DNA of 64,000 bases from Methanobacteriota archaeon. GTDB lineage: Archaea; Thermoplasmatota; Poseidoniia; Poseidoniales; Poseidoniaceae. Position 1 is the first letter of the stretch, and each line of letters opens with the position of its first letter. Under the pieces are notes generated by a model that did no database searches, was not told the origin of the DNA, and saw nothing but the letters and a program-made list of their open reading frames with translations. The stretch covers positions 29,877 to 93,876 of the forward strand of contig PBTA01000030.1 in assembly GCA_002726395.1 (NCBI GenBank), written 5' to 3'. The position numbers were made by a program, and so were the translations under genes. Below, piece by piece: positions 51,571 to 62,123 of the stretch.

Positions 51571-54144
51571 ATGGCAGGCCAAGTTGTGTCGATAGATGAC
51601 TTGGTTTTACCCGACAAGGCTAAGAAATTCTTCATAGAACACTGGGGAATTACCAAACTACATCCGCCTCAAGCACAATCTATGGAGGCAGTCTTCTCCA
51701 ATCGTAGTGCGTTAATTGCAATACCCACTGCAAGCGGTAAGTCACTTATTGCATATATCGCGATTTTGCGTAAGTTACTACTCGAGGACATCGGTTCTAA
51801 AGCCATCTACATTGTACCACTCAAAGCCTTAGCTTCTGAGAAGTTTGAAGATTTTAAGGCGCTTGGTAAGGCATTGAATCTAACTATTGGTTTAGGTATA
51901 GGTGATTCATCATCCGAAGCAAAAAGGATTGATGAGTGTGACATACTAGTATGTACTTCTGAAAAATTAGATTCAATAATTAGAAACCGTTCCCAGTCGA
52001 TGTCTAATGTCTCAATTATTGTATCAGATGAATTTCATCTGTTAAATGACGCATCTAGGGGTCCAACTTTGGAAATTAATTTAACCAAATTACGTTATCT
52101 AAGACCTAATGCTCAGATTATCGCTCTATCTGCCACAGTGGGTAATTGCGAACAACTTTCAAATTGGCTCGATGCTGAATTGATAATTTCAAATTGGCGG
52201 CCAGTTGCTTTAGAATATAGTACATTTCATGATTTACATTTGGAGCCTAGAATGGTGCAGTCTGCTAATTTATCAGCTAAAGCAGATTTACTTAATCCAC
52301 CAAGAGATCTCGAAGGTCCAAAATCACAACCTACTTGGGTTGTATTGAATGATACAATAGACGCTTCTGGCCAATTACTAATCTTTGTCGGGACTAGGAA
52401 AAGTGCTGAATCTGAGGCGGTAAAATTAGCCAAAAGAGTGTCAAAAAAACTTTCCACACAAGACGTTGATAGAATTGCTAAATTAGATGATGTGGCAACT
52501 TCTATAGAGGGCGGACGTCAATCTGCAATGGGTGAGAAATTAGTGCAATGTATTCGAGGAGGAACAGCCTTTCATCATGCGGGATTGACTCATAATCAAA
52601 GAAAAGTAGTTGAAAATGCCTTCAAAGAAGGAATTTTGACTTGTTTATCTGCAACACCTACCTTGGCTGCGGGGGTAAATCTGCCAGCAAGAAGAGTATT
52701 AGTTAGAGACATCAAAAGGTGGGATGACGGAATGAGTCGACCTTTGCCGGTTATGGAGGTTAGGCAAATGCTAGGTAGAGCCGGTAGGCCAAAATATGAC
52801 GATTTTGGCGAGGCTTGGGTTCTATGCAAAGGCACTGACGGCTGGGAGGTTGCAGATATGGTTAGTGAGAAGTACTTTTTTGGAGATGTGGAGCCGATAA
52901 ATTCCAAGTTAGCAGGCGAGCCTGCTTTGCGCACCCACATTCTTTCAATTATATCGACAGGCGGAATTCAGCATAGGGGAGAAATAGGAGATTTCTTTGC
53001 CGCAACATTTCTCGGATTTTCGACTCCAAAACATATCTTGAAAGAAAAGATTGATCAAACTCTTACATGGTTAACTGAGGAACGTTTCATTAGAAAAGTA
53101 GGAGTTGACAAATCTTATTCTGAGGCACGTGCAGATAAATTCGTAGATAGTGATGACTGGGATGACAACGTTCCTGCTTGGGCAATGGTTGCAAAATCCA
53201 CTCAAGGTGTCGAGATGAATGGTGAAAATAATTCCAATACGAACAACAAAATAACAGCACATAATAAACCAGTATTAGGGTTTAATCTCGCATCTGAATT
53301 GAGCTCTATTGGTGCATGGCATTCAAATGATTTGGATGAATTTTCAGGTATGAAATATGAGGCTACGTTAATGGGCGAGAGGATAACCCAACTGTACCTT
53401 GACCCATTGTCAGCATCTATCATTAGAACAGGACTTAGAAGAGCGATAAGAAGAATTGTCAAGGACATTGCCCCAGTAACCAATTTTGGACTTTTACACC
53501 TAGCAACATCAACTCCAGATTTCACTTCATTGTGGGCGAAAAACTCAGAGATGGAGCCAAATTCAAAGTTATGGATAAAAACTAACTCTGTCGAAGATGA
53601 ATTATTATCGGATTCCAGTTATGATGAAATGCTACTTTCCAATGTTAAATCTGCATGGATGGTTGAAATGTGGTGTGAAGAATCAAACATCCGTTCTATA
53701 GAGAAAGATTTAGACGTTAACCCTGGTGATATTAACTATCGAGTTGATATTATGGCATGGCTGATACATTCTTCACGAGAAATAATTTTGACGGATGATG
53801 TATTCTCTGATGAACACATGCCGCAGATTGCTGAACTGATCAAACAATTAGACGTATTGCGTTTGCGGGTAAGACACGGTTGCAAAGAAGATTTACTTAC
53901 CTTGGTAAATATTCCAAATGTCGGTCGATATAGGGCACGTGAGTTATCTAAACTTGATATAAGAACTCCTCACCATGTGGCAAATATGACCAAAAAGAAA
54001 AGGGATCAGATTTTAAAAATACGTGGTTGGGGTCCTCAGTTATTGGATAAAATAATGCTTGAGGTAGCTAAAGTGATAGAACCTTCCAAGCAGCAAAAAC
54101 GAAAGGTTCGTCTTGATGACATACCCTTAGATGATGAAATTTGA
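51571..54144 (+). CDS. hel308: Hel308/Ski2-like ATP-dependent DNA helicase
   Basis: Motif I AIPTASGKS, DEAH-type motif II SDEFHLL, motif VI GRAGRP. C-terminal winged-helix, ratchet and HhH domains. About 857 aa, typical for Hel308. Confidence 0.85.
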   Translation: MAGQVVSIDDLVLPDKAKKFFIEHWGITKLHPPQAQSMEAVFSNRSALIAIPTASGKSLIAYIAILRKLLLEDIGSKAIYIVPLKALASEKFEDFKALGKALNLTIGLGIGDSSSEAKRIDECDILVCTSEKLDSIIRNRSQSMSNVSIIVSDEFHLLNDASRGPTLEINLTKLRYLRPNAQIIALSATVGNCEQLSNWLDAELIISNWRPVALEYSTFHDLHLEPRMVQSANLSAKADLLNPPRDLEGPKSQPTWVVLNDTIDASGQLLIFVGTRKSAESEAVKLAKRVSKKLSTQDVDRIAKLDDVATSIEGGRQSAMGEKLVQCIRGGTAFHHAGLTHNQRKVVENAFKEGILTCLSATPTLAAGVNLPARRVLVRDIKRWDDGMSRPLPVMEVRQMLGRAGRPKYDDFGEAWVLCKGTDGWEVADMVSEKYFFGDVEPINSKLAGEPALRTHILSIISTGGIQHRGEIGDFFAATFLGFSTPKHILKEKIDQTLTWLTEERFIRKVGVDKSYSEARADKFVDSDDWDDNVPAWAMVAKSTQGVEMNGENNSNTNNKITAHNKPVLGFNLASELSSIGAWHSNDLDEFSGMKYEATLMGERITQLYLDPLSASIIRTGLRRAIRRIVKDIAPVTNFGLLHLATSTPDFTSLWAKNSEMEPNSKLWIKTNSVEDELLSDSSYDEMLLSNVKSAWMVEMWCEESNIRSIEKDLDVNPGDINYRVDIMAWLIHSSREIILTDDVFSDEHMPQIAELIKQLDVLRLRVRHGCKEDLLTLVNIPNVGRYRARELSKLDIRTPHHVANMTKKKRDQILKIRGWGPQLLDKIMLEVAKVIEPSKQQKRKVRLDDIPLDDEI

Positions 54145-54718
54145 GCGGATTATTGAAAAGCCAGTTCACCTGCCGATAATTATGGAGATGCCTCAATTCC
54201 CTTGTGTCAAGTTGGATATCTCCAATCATAGCAGTGATTTTATCGACGAATTTCTCCAGCATAGAGAAAATGATAGTTGGTTATTAATGTCACATTATGC
54301 TGCACAAGGTCAGCAACAACTGTGGACTGCTTGGCTCTTGGCAAAGCGAGCATTTTCCAATAATAAGGCGCTTGCAAGATCATTAGATGCTGAATTTTTG
54401 CGATATATTGCTGGAACACATCACGTTTCAGAAGCTTTCAAAAAAGCGGGAATACATAAAGAAGATGATAGCGCATGGTTGATATTCTTGCCAAACCATG
54501 TTGCGGATTTAGATGAGATAATACCATCATTTTCTTTGGATGAGTTTAATTCTGGAGTAGCAACATTGATTGAAAAATTAAATCTCAAAATGATCGAAGG
54601 TAAACCAGAGATCAATGTTGAAGGAATTAAGAAAATGGGCATTCCGTTACCAGAATCAAAACTAAATTTAATGGATTCTATAATTGGTCATATTATATCT
54701 TCAGACCTAAACTCTTGA
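54131..54718 (+). CDS. Hypothetical protein, possibly Cgi121-like (KEOPS accessory subunit), overlapping the hel308 3' end
   Basis: Size of about 190 aa. Segment ALARSLDAEFLRYIAGTHHVSEAFKKAGIHK resembles the Cgi121 core helix pattern. Weak call. Confidence 0.25.
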   Translation: MMKFERIIEKPVHLPIIMEMPQFPCVKLDISNHSSDFIDEFLQHRENDSWLLMSHYAAQGQQQLWTAWLLAKRAFSNNKALARSLDAEFLRYIAGTHHVSEAFKKAGIHKEDDSAWLIFLPNHVADLDEIIPSFSLDEFNSGVATLIEKLNLKMIEGKPEINVEGIKKMGIPLPESKLNLMDSIIGHIISSDLNS

Positions 54719-54722
54719 GTCA

Positions 54723-56207
54723 TTGGAAAGAAGTATTCAAACACCACCGCTTGTTGGGGTGGATATGGTCCTAGTTAAGACTCCAGATTCAATGGTATCC
54801 GGAAACAGCAACAGATATCTAGATGTAGATAAAATCAATAAAAGTTTAGATTTAGTAACCTGCAACGGTGCAACATACGCTGAAGTAAGGTTAGTTGCAT
54901 TAACTGATTATTCTGTGGCTATGCGCGACGGAAAATTAGAGAGAGCAATCCCCGGGCAAGAAATTGGTGCAACTATTAGAGTGCTGGCTGATGGAGCTTG
55001 GGGTGTTCACTCAACTACTGATATATCGTCGTTACAAGAACAAATGTCACCTACTTTGAAATTAGCCCAATCAGTTGCTGCAAGGAGGTCTGCCAAAGAT
55101 CAGCCAATAAAATTAGCAGAAGTTCCAATCATTGAAGACAGTATTCATTGGGTGCCTAAAAAAGATGTTAGAAATACTGAATTATCCCAGCGTCTTGAAC
55201 ATTTGAAGGTAATGAATTCAACTGCATCAGAACACGAAAATATCGTATCTGTTACCTGCGGTTGGCATGATGAAAACATTCACACTGAGTTTTTGAGCAG
55301 TGAGGGGATGAATCGAACATGGAGTTTTCAAAGATCGTTAATCAACGGCATGGTCACCGCTAGAGATGGTGGCAATGTTGTTTCCTACCGTACACGTTTT
55401 GGTGGCGAAGGAGGATTAGAACTGATAGAATCATGCGATGTTGATGCTCTTGGGGAGAATGCTAGAATCTCAGCATTAAGATTACTAAAAGCGCAAAGGG
55501 CCCCATCAGGAAAAATGCCACTTATTGCTGACCGCGACTTGACAGGCGTTTACATTCACGAAGCCTTAGGTCATCCTTGTGAAGCAGATTTAGTGGCTGC
55601 TGGTGATTCTTGTTTGGATGGTAAATTAGGCGAAAAAATAGGCAGTGATTTAGTGACTGTTATCGATGATCCAACAATTCGTGGAGGTTATGGGGCTCAC
55701 CCGGTAGATGACGAAGGACTTGATACTACAGAAAAATGCTTAATCAAAAATGGTGTGTTGACTGAATATCTTAACCATAGGGAGACTGCAGAACATTTCG
55801 GTATCAAACCCAATGCTGGAGCCAGGGCTCAAGACGGCTTGCATCACCCACTGGTTAGGATGTCAAACACATTAATTCACGGAGGTACACACAACGACTT
55901 AGATGATCTTGTCGATGATGTTGAGTATGGTGTCTATGCATGTGGTTCCCGTGGCGGGCAAGTAGATACCGGCAGAGGTTCATTCCAATTCGCTGCACAA
56001 GAAGCTTGGTTAATCGAAAATGGTGAAATAACTACTCCGTTAAAGGATGTAAGTGTCAGTGGACTAACCTTACAGATACTGAACGATGTTGACGGATTGA
56101 CCAAAGATTCCAGGTTGGCCGCACCAGGATTTTGCGGTAAAGGGCAAACAGTTCCAGTTGGTGATGGCGGTCCAATTATGCGAATAAGTGAAGCTTTGGT
56201 GGGATGA
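54723..56207 (+). CDS. tldD: Metalloprotease TldD
   Basis: HEALGHPCEAD (HExxxH). GGxVD-type C-terminal glycine-rich motifs. About 490 aa. Confidence 0.85.
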   Translation: MERSIQTPPLVGVDMVLVKTPDSMVSGNSNRYLDVDKINKSLDLVTCNGATYAEVRLVALTDYSVAMRDGKLERAIPGQEIGATIRVLADGAWGVHSTTDISSLQEQMSPTLKLAQSVAARRSAKDQPIKLAEVPIIEDSIHWVPKKDVRNTELSQRLEHLKVMNSTASEHENIVSVTCGWHDENIHTEFLSSEGMNRTWSFQRSLINGMVTARDGGNVVSYRTRFGGEGGLELIESCDVDALGENARISALRLLKAQRAPSGKMPLIADRDLTGVYIHEALGHPCEADLVAAGDSCLDGKLGEKIGSDLVTVIDDPTIRGGYGAHPVDDEGLDTTEKCLIKNGVLTEYLNHRETAEHFGIKPNAGARAQDGLHHPLVRMSNTLIHGGTHNDLDDLVDDVEYGVYACGSRGGQVDTGRGSFQFAAQEAWLIENGEITTPLKDVSVSGLTLQILNDVDGLTKDSRLAAPGFCGKGQTVPVGDGGPIMRISEALVG

Positions 56208-57613
56208 ATTTGTTGCCAGACGGTGCATTAGACCGACTTCAAGACGGGTGTAGAATTATTGGTTCTCGGTGCAATCAATTAGGTATCAGTCAATGGGAAG
56301 TAGTTGCTACCCAGTCATACGGTCACCAAATAGACATCGAAGGCGGCAAAATCTCTCTTGCCGGTGGTGGTGGAGAAGGTGGATATGGAATAAGGGTGTT
56401 AGAAGATGGTAAATTTGGTTTTGCTTATCTTGTTGATGTTAAATCAGCGGATGAAGCAATCAATAGCGCAATTTCAATTGCCCGTATGTCACCTTCAATA
56501 GAGGGGTTTGTCCTTCCATCGGAGCAAAGTGCACAACAAGTAGCAGGATTATTTGATAAATCTATTATCGATTTAGATTCCGAATTTCTCCTTAACCAAG
56601 CAGATGCTATAATTTCAGAGGTTGCTTCCTTAGATTCACGAGCTGTTGTTACTGGAGGAGGTATCGGAGTTAGTGCTAATGCAGCATCAATTCTTACTAG
56701 TGAAGGTATTGAGTCAGGAGGTTTAACTACTTCGCATGGAGTCGGTGTACAAATTTCTATAGAGGAAAACGGCCAACTGACTAGTTCCTGGCAAAGTAAA
56801 TCTGCCAAAAGTCAACTCCCAAATGTCCCTCAGTGTATTGAAAGAGCGGTTGAATGGGCTCAACTAACTAGAGATCCAATCAAAGTCGAAGCACCGGAAG
56901 ATGATTCGCCAATATTGATGACTAGTGAAGGTTTTTCTCCTTTGTTTTCAGTAGTTGTTCCGACAGCAGTGAAAGGAGAAAAATTAGTCCGTAATGAATC
57001 TTTTTGGTCAGGTAAGATGTCTCAAAATGTGATTAGTTCTGAACTGTCAATAATCGATGATGCAACAGTTGAAGCCGGTAAGTCATCAGGTTCACGGGAT
57101 GACGAAGGAGTACCATCGAGGCAAAATGTGTTAATCCAAGATGGTAAGTTAACAGGTTCCTTGTGGTCAACCAGAGACTCTGCACAGCAAATTTCAGAGG
57201 GGCGAATTGACTCTGCACATACCACCGGTTCAGCGATAAGATCTGGTCACCAATCCCCACCTATTTCAGGGTGCAGCAACCTGTTTTTGTCTTCTTCCAA
57301 AAAATCTCATAATTTTGAATCCATGCTTGAAGTGATGGGAGATGGATTCGTAATCAATAGTGTCATGGGCGCTCATACAGCCAACCCTACTAGCGGAGAC
57401 TTTTCTGTCACTTCCAGTTCAATACTGCGTGTGGAAAATGGTGAAATAATTGGTGCTGTTAAACAAGCCGGAGTATCAGGTAATATGGCTAAAGCATTAC
57501 AAAAAGGAGTTTACCTTGGTGATGATGTTAGGCCACAGGGGTCTTACTCATCTGGAACTATGTACGTACCAAATGTATTATTGACTAAAGGAATAAGAGT
57601 TAATCCCGTTTAA
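56204..57613 (+). CDS. pmbA: Metalloprotease PmbA/TldE, partner of TldD
   Basis: TldD/PmbA family fold without the HExxxH, 4-nt overlap with tldD, 469 aa. Confidence 0.8.
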   Translation: MNLLPDGALDRLQDGCRIIGSRCNQLGISQWEVVATQSYGHQIDIEGGKISLAGGGGEGGYGIRVLEDGKFGFAYLVDVKSADEAINSAISIARMSPSIEGFVLPSEQSAQQVAGLFDKSIIDLDSEFLLNQADAIISEVASLDSRAVVTGGGIGVSANAASILTSEGIESGGLTTSHGVGVQISIEENGQLTSSWQSKSAKSQLPNVPQCIERAVEWAQLTRDPIKVEAPEDDSPILMTSEGFSPLFSVVVPTAVKGEKLVRNESFWSGKMSQNVISSELSIIDDATVEAGKSSGSRDDEGVPSRQNVLIQDGKLTGSLWSTRDSAQQISEGRIDSAHTTGSAIRSGHQSPPISGCSNLFLSSSKKSHNFESMLEVMGDGFVINSVMGAHTANPTSGDFSVTSSSILRVENGEIIGAVKQAGVSGNMAKALQKGVYLGDDVRPQGSYSSGTMYVPNVLLTKGIRVNPV

Positions 57614-57761
57614 TCGATTTTTCAATGGGATAATTTATGTTCCGCCGACGCTGGTATTACATTACTGGAGGAAAAGGGAGTGTATTGTCTAAACCAAACC
57701 GCACAGAGGCCCGCATCCGTTCCAAATTATGGAAACGGCAAACTGAATATTATTTGTACAG

Positions 57762-59456
57762 GTGTTTCATATGTCTGATGACAAATACGAATCGCACGTT
57801 AAGGCAGTTTTATCAGAATGCCCTGATGCGAATGTTGATGATGTCAAAGCTTCATTTAAGAAATATGAAGAAGAATTCTATATTCCTCCACAAGATGCAC
57901 TTAGATCAATCGTTAGAAGATTCCAAGGTGAACAACAAACTACATCACCGAATAGGGCTAATAACCAACCAAGGAATACTAAGAAAGTAAAGTCGCTATC
58001 TGAACTTTCAGGGACCGACAAGGATGTTGAGATAGAAGTAGAAATCATCTCTCATAATGTTAGAGAGCAAACAATTAGAGGTGAGGAGAAGAAAATCGCC
58101 TTCGGATTACTTGAAGATAATCCGTGGGATGATGGCTCAGAAAGAGTTCGTTGGGAATACAAGGATTGGGGGCCAAACTCGAACATAACACCTGGTTCTG
58201 TAGTCCGAATTGAAGGTGCATCAGTCAATGAGTATCAAGGAAAAATGTCGCTAAACATAAATCAAGGGGCAAGAATCGCGGTACTGAGAGAGGGAACAAG
58301 ACCTGTTAATGCTCCTGGTGAGCCAATAGATATCAGTAATATTCCAAAAGACGGCTATATTTGTATTGTTGGCAGAGTACTTTCATGCAGGGAAGACCAA
58401 ATTCACCGTAAAGATGGTTCTGGATCTATCGATGTGGTAAGGGGTAGAATTGCCGATGAATCTGGCACCATTGGTTTTCTTTCATGGGAACCATTCGAAC
58501 ATGAGATTGGTAGTTTGGTAAAAATAGATGGGGCACAGGTTAAGACCTTTAGAGATACTCCAGAATTGAATTTTGGTAGAACAACTAAGATCGAAACCTT
58601 TCACGACGCCAATTTTGCAGATACAGAAAAACTAAACAGCCAAAATATGAAAACAGTATCTCAACTTACCGATGGTTCAAGAGATGTAGAAATTATTGTA
58701 CAAATTACTGAATGGCAGAAGCGTTCTTTTACTAAAGATGGAGTCGAAAAGCATCTTTGGTCAGGGCAAATAGCAGATTTGACCGGAAGATGCCGTATGA
58801 GTGCCTGGGAAGAATTGCCTATAGACGAAAATAAATTACCGTTAACCGTTAAACTGTCCGGCGTTAGGGTAAGAGCTTGGCAGGGCATTCCTGACATAAC
58901 GGTTGATAGTGCAAAGCAAGTAGAATTTCTTGACAAAACTCCTTGGGATGAATCAATCAATCTAGAGGACCATGTTGTCGAAGTTGACTTGACTGAATTA
59001 ACTACTTCGTCTAGTAGAGTTGGAATATCTACCGAAGGAACAATAGTTAGTGTGCGAGATGATTCTGGAATTATAATGCGTTGTTTAGGATGTCGTCGAG
59101 TGCTTCGCGATGGCGAATGTTCATCTTGTGATTCGACAGAATCTCAACAAGATGTTAGATTGAGGTTAGTAATAGATAACGGTGAAAACACCGCTTCTTT
59201 ATTGATAAATAAGGCAGCATCAATCAAACTAACAGGTTTAGATGAAGATAAGATGGCTAAAAAAATAGCATCCGATGGGAAAATGGAATTTGTCCAATCA
59301 CTAAGGGATATGATGCTTGGAAGAATAATAAAAGCCAACGGTCGTACAATAGTTGACGAACAAGGCGCAATGATTCTTGCTGACCATGTTGAATTAAATG
59401 ACGGTGATGCAGGCCTTTTAGCCACTGAAGTAAGGTCTAAATGGGGGGTTAACTAA
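57762..59456 (+). CDS. rpa: Replication protein A (RPA) large subunit: ssDNA-binding protein with multiple OB folds and a C4 zinc finger
   Basis: Tandem OB-fold-like modules. CLGCRRVLRDGECSSCDS zinc ribbon typical of euryarchaeal RPA41/RPA1. Confidence 0.7.
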   Translation: MFHMSDDKYESHVKAVLSECPDANVDDVKASFKKYEEEFYIPPQDALRSIVRRFQGEQQTTSPNRANNQPRNTKKVKSLSELSGTDKDVEIEVEIISHNVREQTIRGEEKKIAFGLLEDNPWDDGSERVRWEYKDWGPNSNITPGSVVRIEGASVNEYQGKMSLNINQGARIAVLREGTRPVNAPGEPIDISNIPKDGYICIVGRVLSCREDQIHRKDGSGSIDVVRGRIADESGTIGFLSWEPFEHEIGSLVKIDGAQVKTFRDTPELNFGRTTKIETFHDANFADTEKLNSQNMKTVSQLTDGSRDVEIIVQITEWQKRSFTKDGVEKHLWSGQIADLTGRCRMSAWEELPIDENKLPLTVKLSGVRVRAWQGIPDITVDSAKQVEFLDKTPWDESINLEDHVVEVDLTELTTSSSRVGISTEGTIVSVRDDSGIIMRCLGCRRVLRDGECSSCDSTESQQDVRLRLVIDNGENTASLLINKAASIKLTGLDEDKMAKKIASDGKMEFVQSLRDMMLGRIIKANGRTIVDEQGAMILADHVELNDGDAGLLATEVRSKWGVN

Positions 59457-60379
59457 TGCAATCAACAGGGCGCGTAAAGCGACAATCTGCGGTACACATA
59501 TTTGCTTCGGAATATGGTGAATCTACCTTAAGCGAGAAAGGATCTGGCGAATTTGATCCATCATTTGTAATAACAAAGTTAGGTTCGAGGATTAATCGAG
59601 TAATAGTTGCAGGTTTATTAGAACGTATTGAAGGCAGAGATGTTTCAAACGGTTCGGTAATTTATCAAGGTCAGTTAAGGGATCCATCTGGAGTTAACTA
59701 TTTTTCAGTCGGAGATTATGTTTCTGATTCAGTAAAAGAACTAACAATACAATTGACCGAAAAATTAGAAACAGGTGAACCAATATTGCTGATGATGGTC
59801 GCTAAAACACGATTATATCAAACCGACGAAGGTGCTGTCTATACCTCGCTTAGGCCGGAAGAAATGTGTGTTATCGATTCGGCTAGATATGCTAATTGGC
59901 TTGCTAAGACATCAGATCATATGATGACACGAATGTCAAATTATATGACTAGTTTAGATTTTGATGCTAACATTGAATCAATGTCTAAATCAGATTTTAC
60001 CGAACATCAACAACTCGGCTTAGTTGCTGCTAGGAATCATTACGGAGAATTAGATCTAGAACATTATCGATTGAATGTGATGCAAGCACTGGACATTGCT
60101 GAAGGGAAATTAGAATCTGCTTCTAAACCAGCACCTCAACGATTAGAATCAACTATGGATGAAGATAATTCGTCAGAGGAAAAAGCAAGTGATGTTGAGC
60201 AGGCAATAACCGATATCATCAATACTCTTGATCAAGGAGACGGAGTGGATTTTGAGACAATTATAGTAAATGCAGAAGCTAGAGGCTTCCAGCGCTCCAT
60301 AACCGAAGAAAAAATCGAGGAAATGTCAGATAGTGGTATTGTTCATGAGCCAGCATTTGGTTGGTTTAGATTAGTTTAG
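59456..60379 (+). CDS. RPA-associated OB-fold protein (RPA32/Rpa2-like)
   Basis: 1-nt stop/start overlap with rpa. OB-fold-like RVIVAGLLERIEGRDVSNGSVIYQGQLRDPSG. Acidic C-terminus. Confidence 0.45.
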   Translation: MQSTGRVKRQSAVHIFASEYGESTLSEKGSGEFDPSFVITKLGSRINRVIVAGLLERIEGRDVSNGSVIYQGQLRDPSGVNYFSVGDYVSDSVKELTIQLTEKLETGEPILLMMVAKTRLYQTDEGAVYTSLRPEEMCVIDSARYANWLAKTSDHMMTRMSNYMTSLDFDANIESMSKSDFTEHQQLGLVAARNHYGELDLEHYRLNVMQALDIAEGKLESASKPAPQRLESTMDEDNSSEEKASDVEQAITDIINTLDQGDGVDFETIIVNAEARGFQRSITEEKIEEMSDSGIVHEPAFGWFRLV

Positions 60380-60414
60380 ATTAGCAATAACTCCCAACAC
60401 ATTCAAGTTCTTAG

Positions 60415-60795
60415 TTGACTGTGCTCGGTATAGGTGGAGACGTGTCAGGAATGGATTTTTTTATCCGCCCCGCAACGGGAACAAGTAGCTCAGACTGGGT
60501 TAGGATACCAAATGCCGATATTAAGGTGAAGTCTGCTAGAAGAATAACTCGAACAATTGTGAGGGGTCAAGAAGGCGACAATCTTCATGATGAAGGCTCT
60601 GAGTCTACTCTTTATACTGTTTCAGGGGAAATGAAAATAGATGAGTATAAGAAAATATTATCCATGTACAAATCTGGGCAACCATGCATTCATGACCCAT
60701 TTGAAGAAAGGGATGTGAAAGTGGTATTTGCATCAATGGAGTATGATGGTTCTAATGAATCATTCATTTTTGAATTCATAGAAGATATTATTTGA
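60415..60795 (+). CDS. Hypothetical small protein at the head of the FlaJ/FlaI-like cluster
   Basis: The listed ORF starts at TTG. An internal ATG at 60451 gives a 114-aa protein (MDFFIRPATG...). No motif recognised. Confidence 0.3.
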   Translation: MTVLGIGGDVSGMDFFIRPATGTSSSDWVRIPNADIKVKSARRITRTIVRGQEGDNLHDEGSESTLYTVSGEMKIDEYKKILSMYKSGQPCIHDPFEERDVKVVFASMEYDGSNESFIFEFIEDII

Positions 60796-60796
60796 G

Positions 60797-61387
60797 GTGT
60801 TTTTTTTGAGAAAACTCGATGAGAAGAAAGAGATTCTCTATGTTATTAGGACCTTAGATGTATTGATGTCTTCAGGTGTTGGTCTGGAGGCTGCCTTACA
60901 CACGATTGGCAAAGGTGGCTATGGAATTATTTCCAAGGACTTCTCTTCATTAATGACAAAATTAAGTGCAGGTAAATCAAGAGGATTAGAATTTGAAGTT
61001 AAAGCATTGATGAACAAAGCCGAATCGGATGGCTACCGAAGATTACTGAATACTATGTATACTAATTTGACTCAAAATACCGATTTGATAGATACTCTTA
61101 GAAAACAGGGTAAGAGAATGGAAGAAGATCGTAGTGAATCGGTAAATAAGTACATCGAAGAACTCGGCGGAGTACCTGAAACCTTGCTTTCGATTGGTAT
61201 GATAGGCCCGATAATTCTAGCAATTGTCGGACTTGTTCCTCAAATACTTGGAGATGGAGCTGAAGCAATAATCGGTACCATTGACCAAGGATTGATTAAT
61301 TCTATAGTAAATGGTGGACTGATGTTTACCTTGGTAGGAATGATGCTGATTGGTCTAAAGGCACATACAAAAGATCCGGGGTTGTGA
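60797..61387 (+). CDS. T2SF-domain membrane protein (half of a FlaJ/TadB-TadC-like platform)
   Basis: Cytoplasmic segment LDVLMSSGVGLEAALHTIGKGGYGIISKDFSSLMTKLSAGKS fits the GspF/T2SF domain pattern (L..G.sl.eAL.........l...l..v...l..G). Two C-terminal TM helices. Confidence 0.5.
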   Translation: MFFLRKLDEKKEILYVIRTLDVLMSSGVGLEAALHTIGKGGYGIISKDFSSLMTKLSAGKSRGLEFEVKALMNKAESDGYRRLLNTMYTNLTQNTDLIDTLRKQGKRMEEDRSESVNKYIEELGGVPETLLSIGMIGPIILAIVGLVPQILGDGAEAIIGTIDQGLINSIVNGGLMFTLVGMMLIGLKAHTKDPGL

Positions 61388-61388
61388 A

Positions 61389-62120
61389 ATGATATTTGAT
61401 TTCCTTGAGGCGTTTAATGAAAACTCATTAGTGCTCTATTTATTTGTTATAGGCATTGCTTGCGCAGCAGGTGGTATTCCTCCAATGATTGAGAGAAATA
61501 GGCGGCGAGGTATTGAAAATCAATTACCTGGCTTACTTGAATCACTTTCTGATGCAGTTGGTGCAGGAAGAGGCTTACAAGAAGCAATGTTAGAACAAGG
61601 TAGGAATACTCCAGGTATTCTGGGAAAACTCTTAAGTGAAACACTTGAAAGTAGCCATGCATCTTCATTTGATGCAGCACTTTCTGCCTTTGCCTCAAAA
61701 ACTCGCTCATCTCAAGTACAGAGGGTTGTTGTTTTAATTGATACAGCAATGGAGCAAGATGCTCCTTTGCAAAGTATTCTCTCAGATTTGGCTATGGATT
61801 ATGAAAGATTAAATGATTTAATGAATAAAAGAGAAACAGAATTAGCTGGCAGAGGCATTCTTATCATCCTATTCGTCTGTATTGGCCTACCAGTACTAAT
61901 CGCCTTTATCGTTGGTTTATTTGCTCCTGCAGCATCAGGATTTCAAATTGCTAACTTCAATTCGACATTCTCAACCTTTTTCGCTTTGGCTTCAGCAACA
62001 GGTGCCATGGTTTCGGGAAGGATGATGGGTCGCGCAAGGGACATGCTTTGGTGGATACCGCTATGGATGTCAACTTCTATGTTACTCTATCTTGGAGCAG
62101 TGAAAATGATTGGAGGATGA
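61389..62120 (+). CDS. T2SF-domain membrane protein (second half of a FlaJ/TadB-TadC-like platform)
   Basis: TM1, then LLESLSDAVGAGRGLQEAMLEQGRNTPGILGKLL (T2SF-like), then three further TM helices. A 1-nt gap from the upstream gene. Confidence 0.5.
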   Translation: MIFDFLEAFNENSLVLYLFVIGIACAAGGIPPMIERNRRRGIENQLPGLLESLSDAVGAGRGLQEAMLEQGRNTPGILGKLLSETLESSHASSFDAALSAFASKTRSSQVQRVVVLIDTAMEQDAPLQSILSDLAMDYERLNDLMNKRETELAGRGILIILFVCIGLPVLIAFIVGLFAPAASGFQIANFNSTFSTFFALASATGAMVSGRMMGRARDMLWWIPLWMSTSMLLYLGAVKMIGG

Positions 62121-62123
62121 AAA

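Noticed and set aside
57637-57990. 117-aa plus-strand ORF overlapping the rpa start in another frame
   Set aside because: Basic, low-complexity translation. It overlaps the well-supported RPA gene and its promoter region. Likely spurious.
60796-60810. T8 run (GTGTTTTTTTTGAG) right after the 126-aa gene, as a possible archaeal oligo-T terminator
   Set aside because: It coincides with the probable GTG start and first codons (MFFL) of the downstream T2SF gene, which is otherwise tightly packed. A dedicated terminator call is not supportable.
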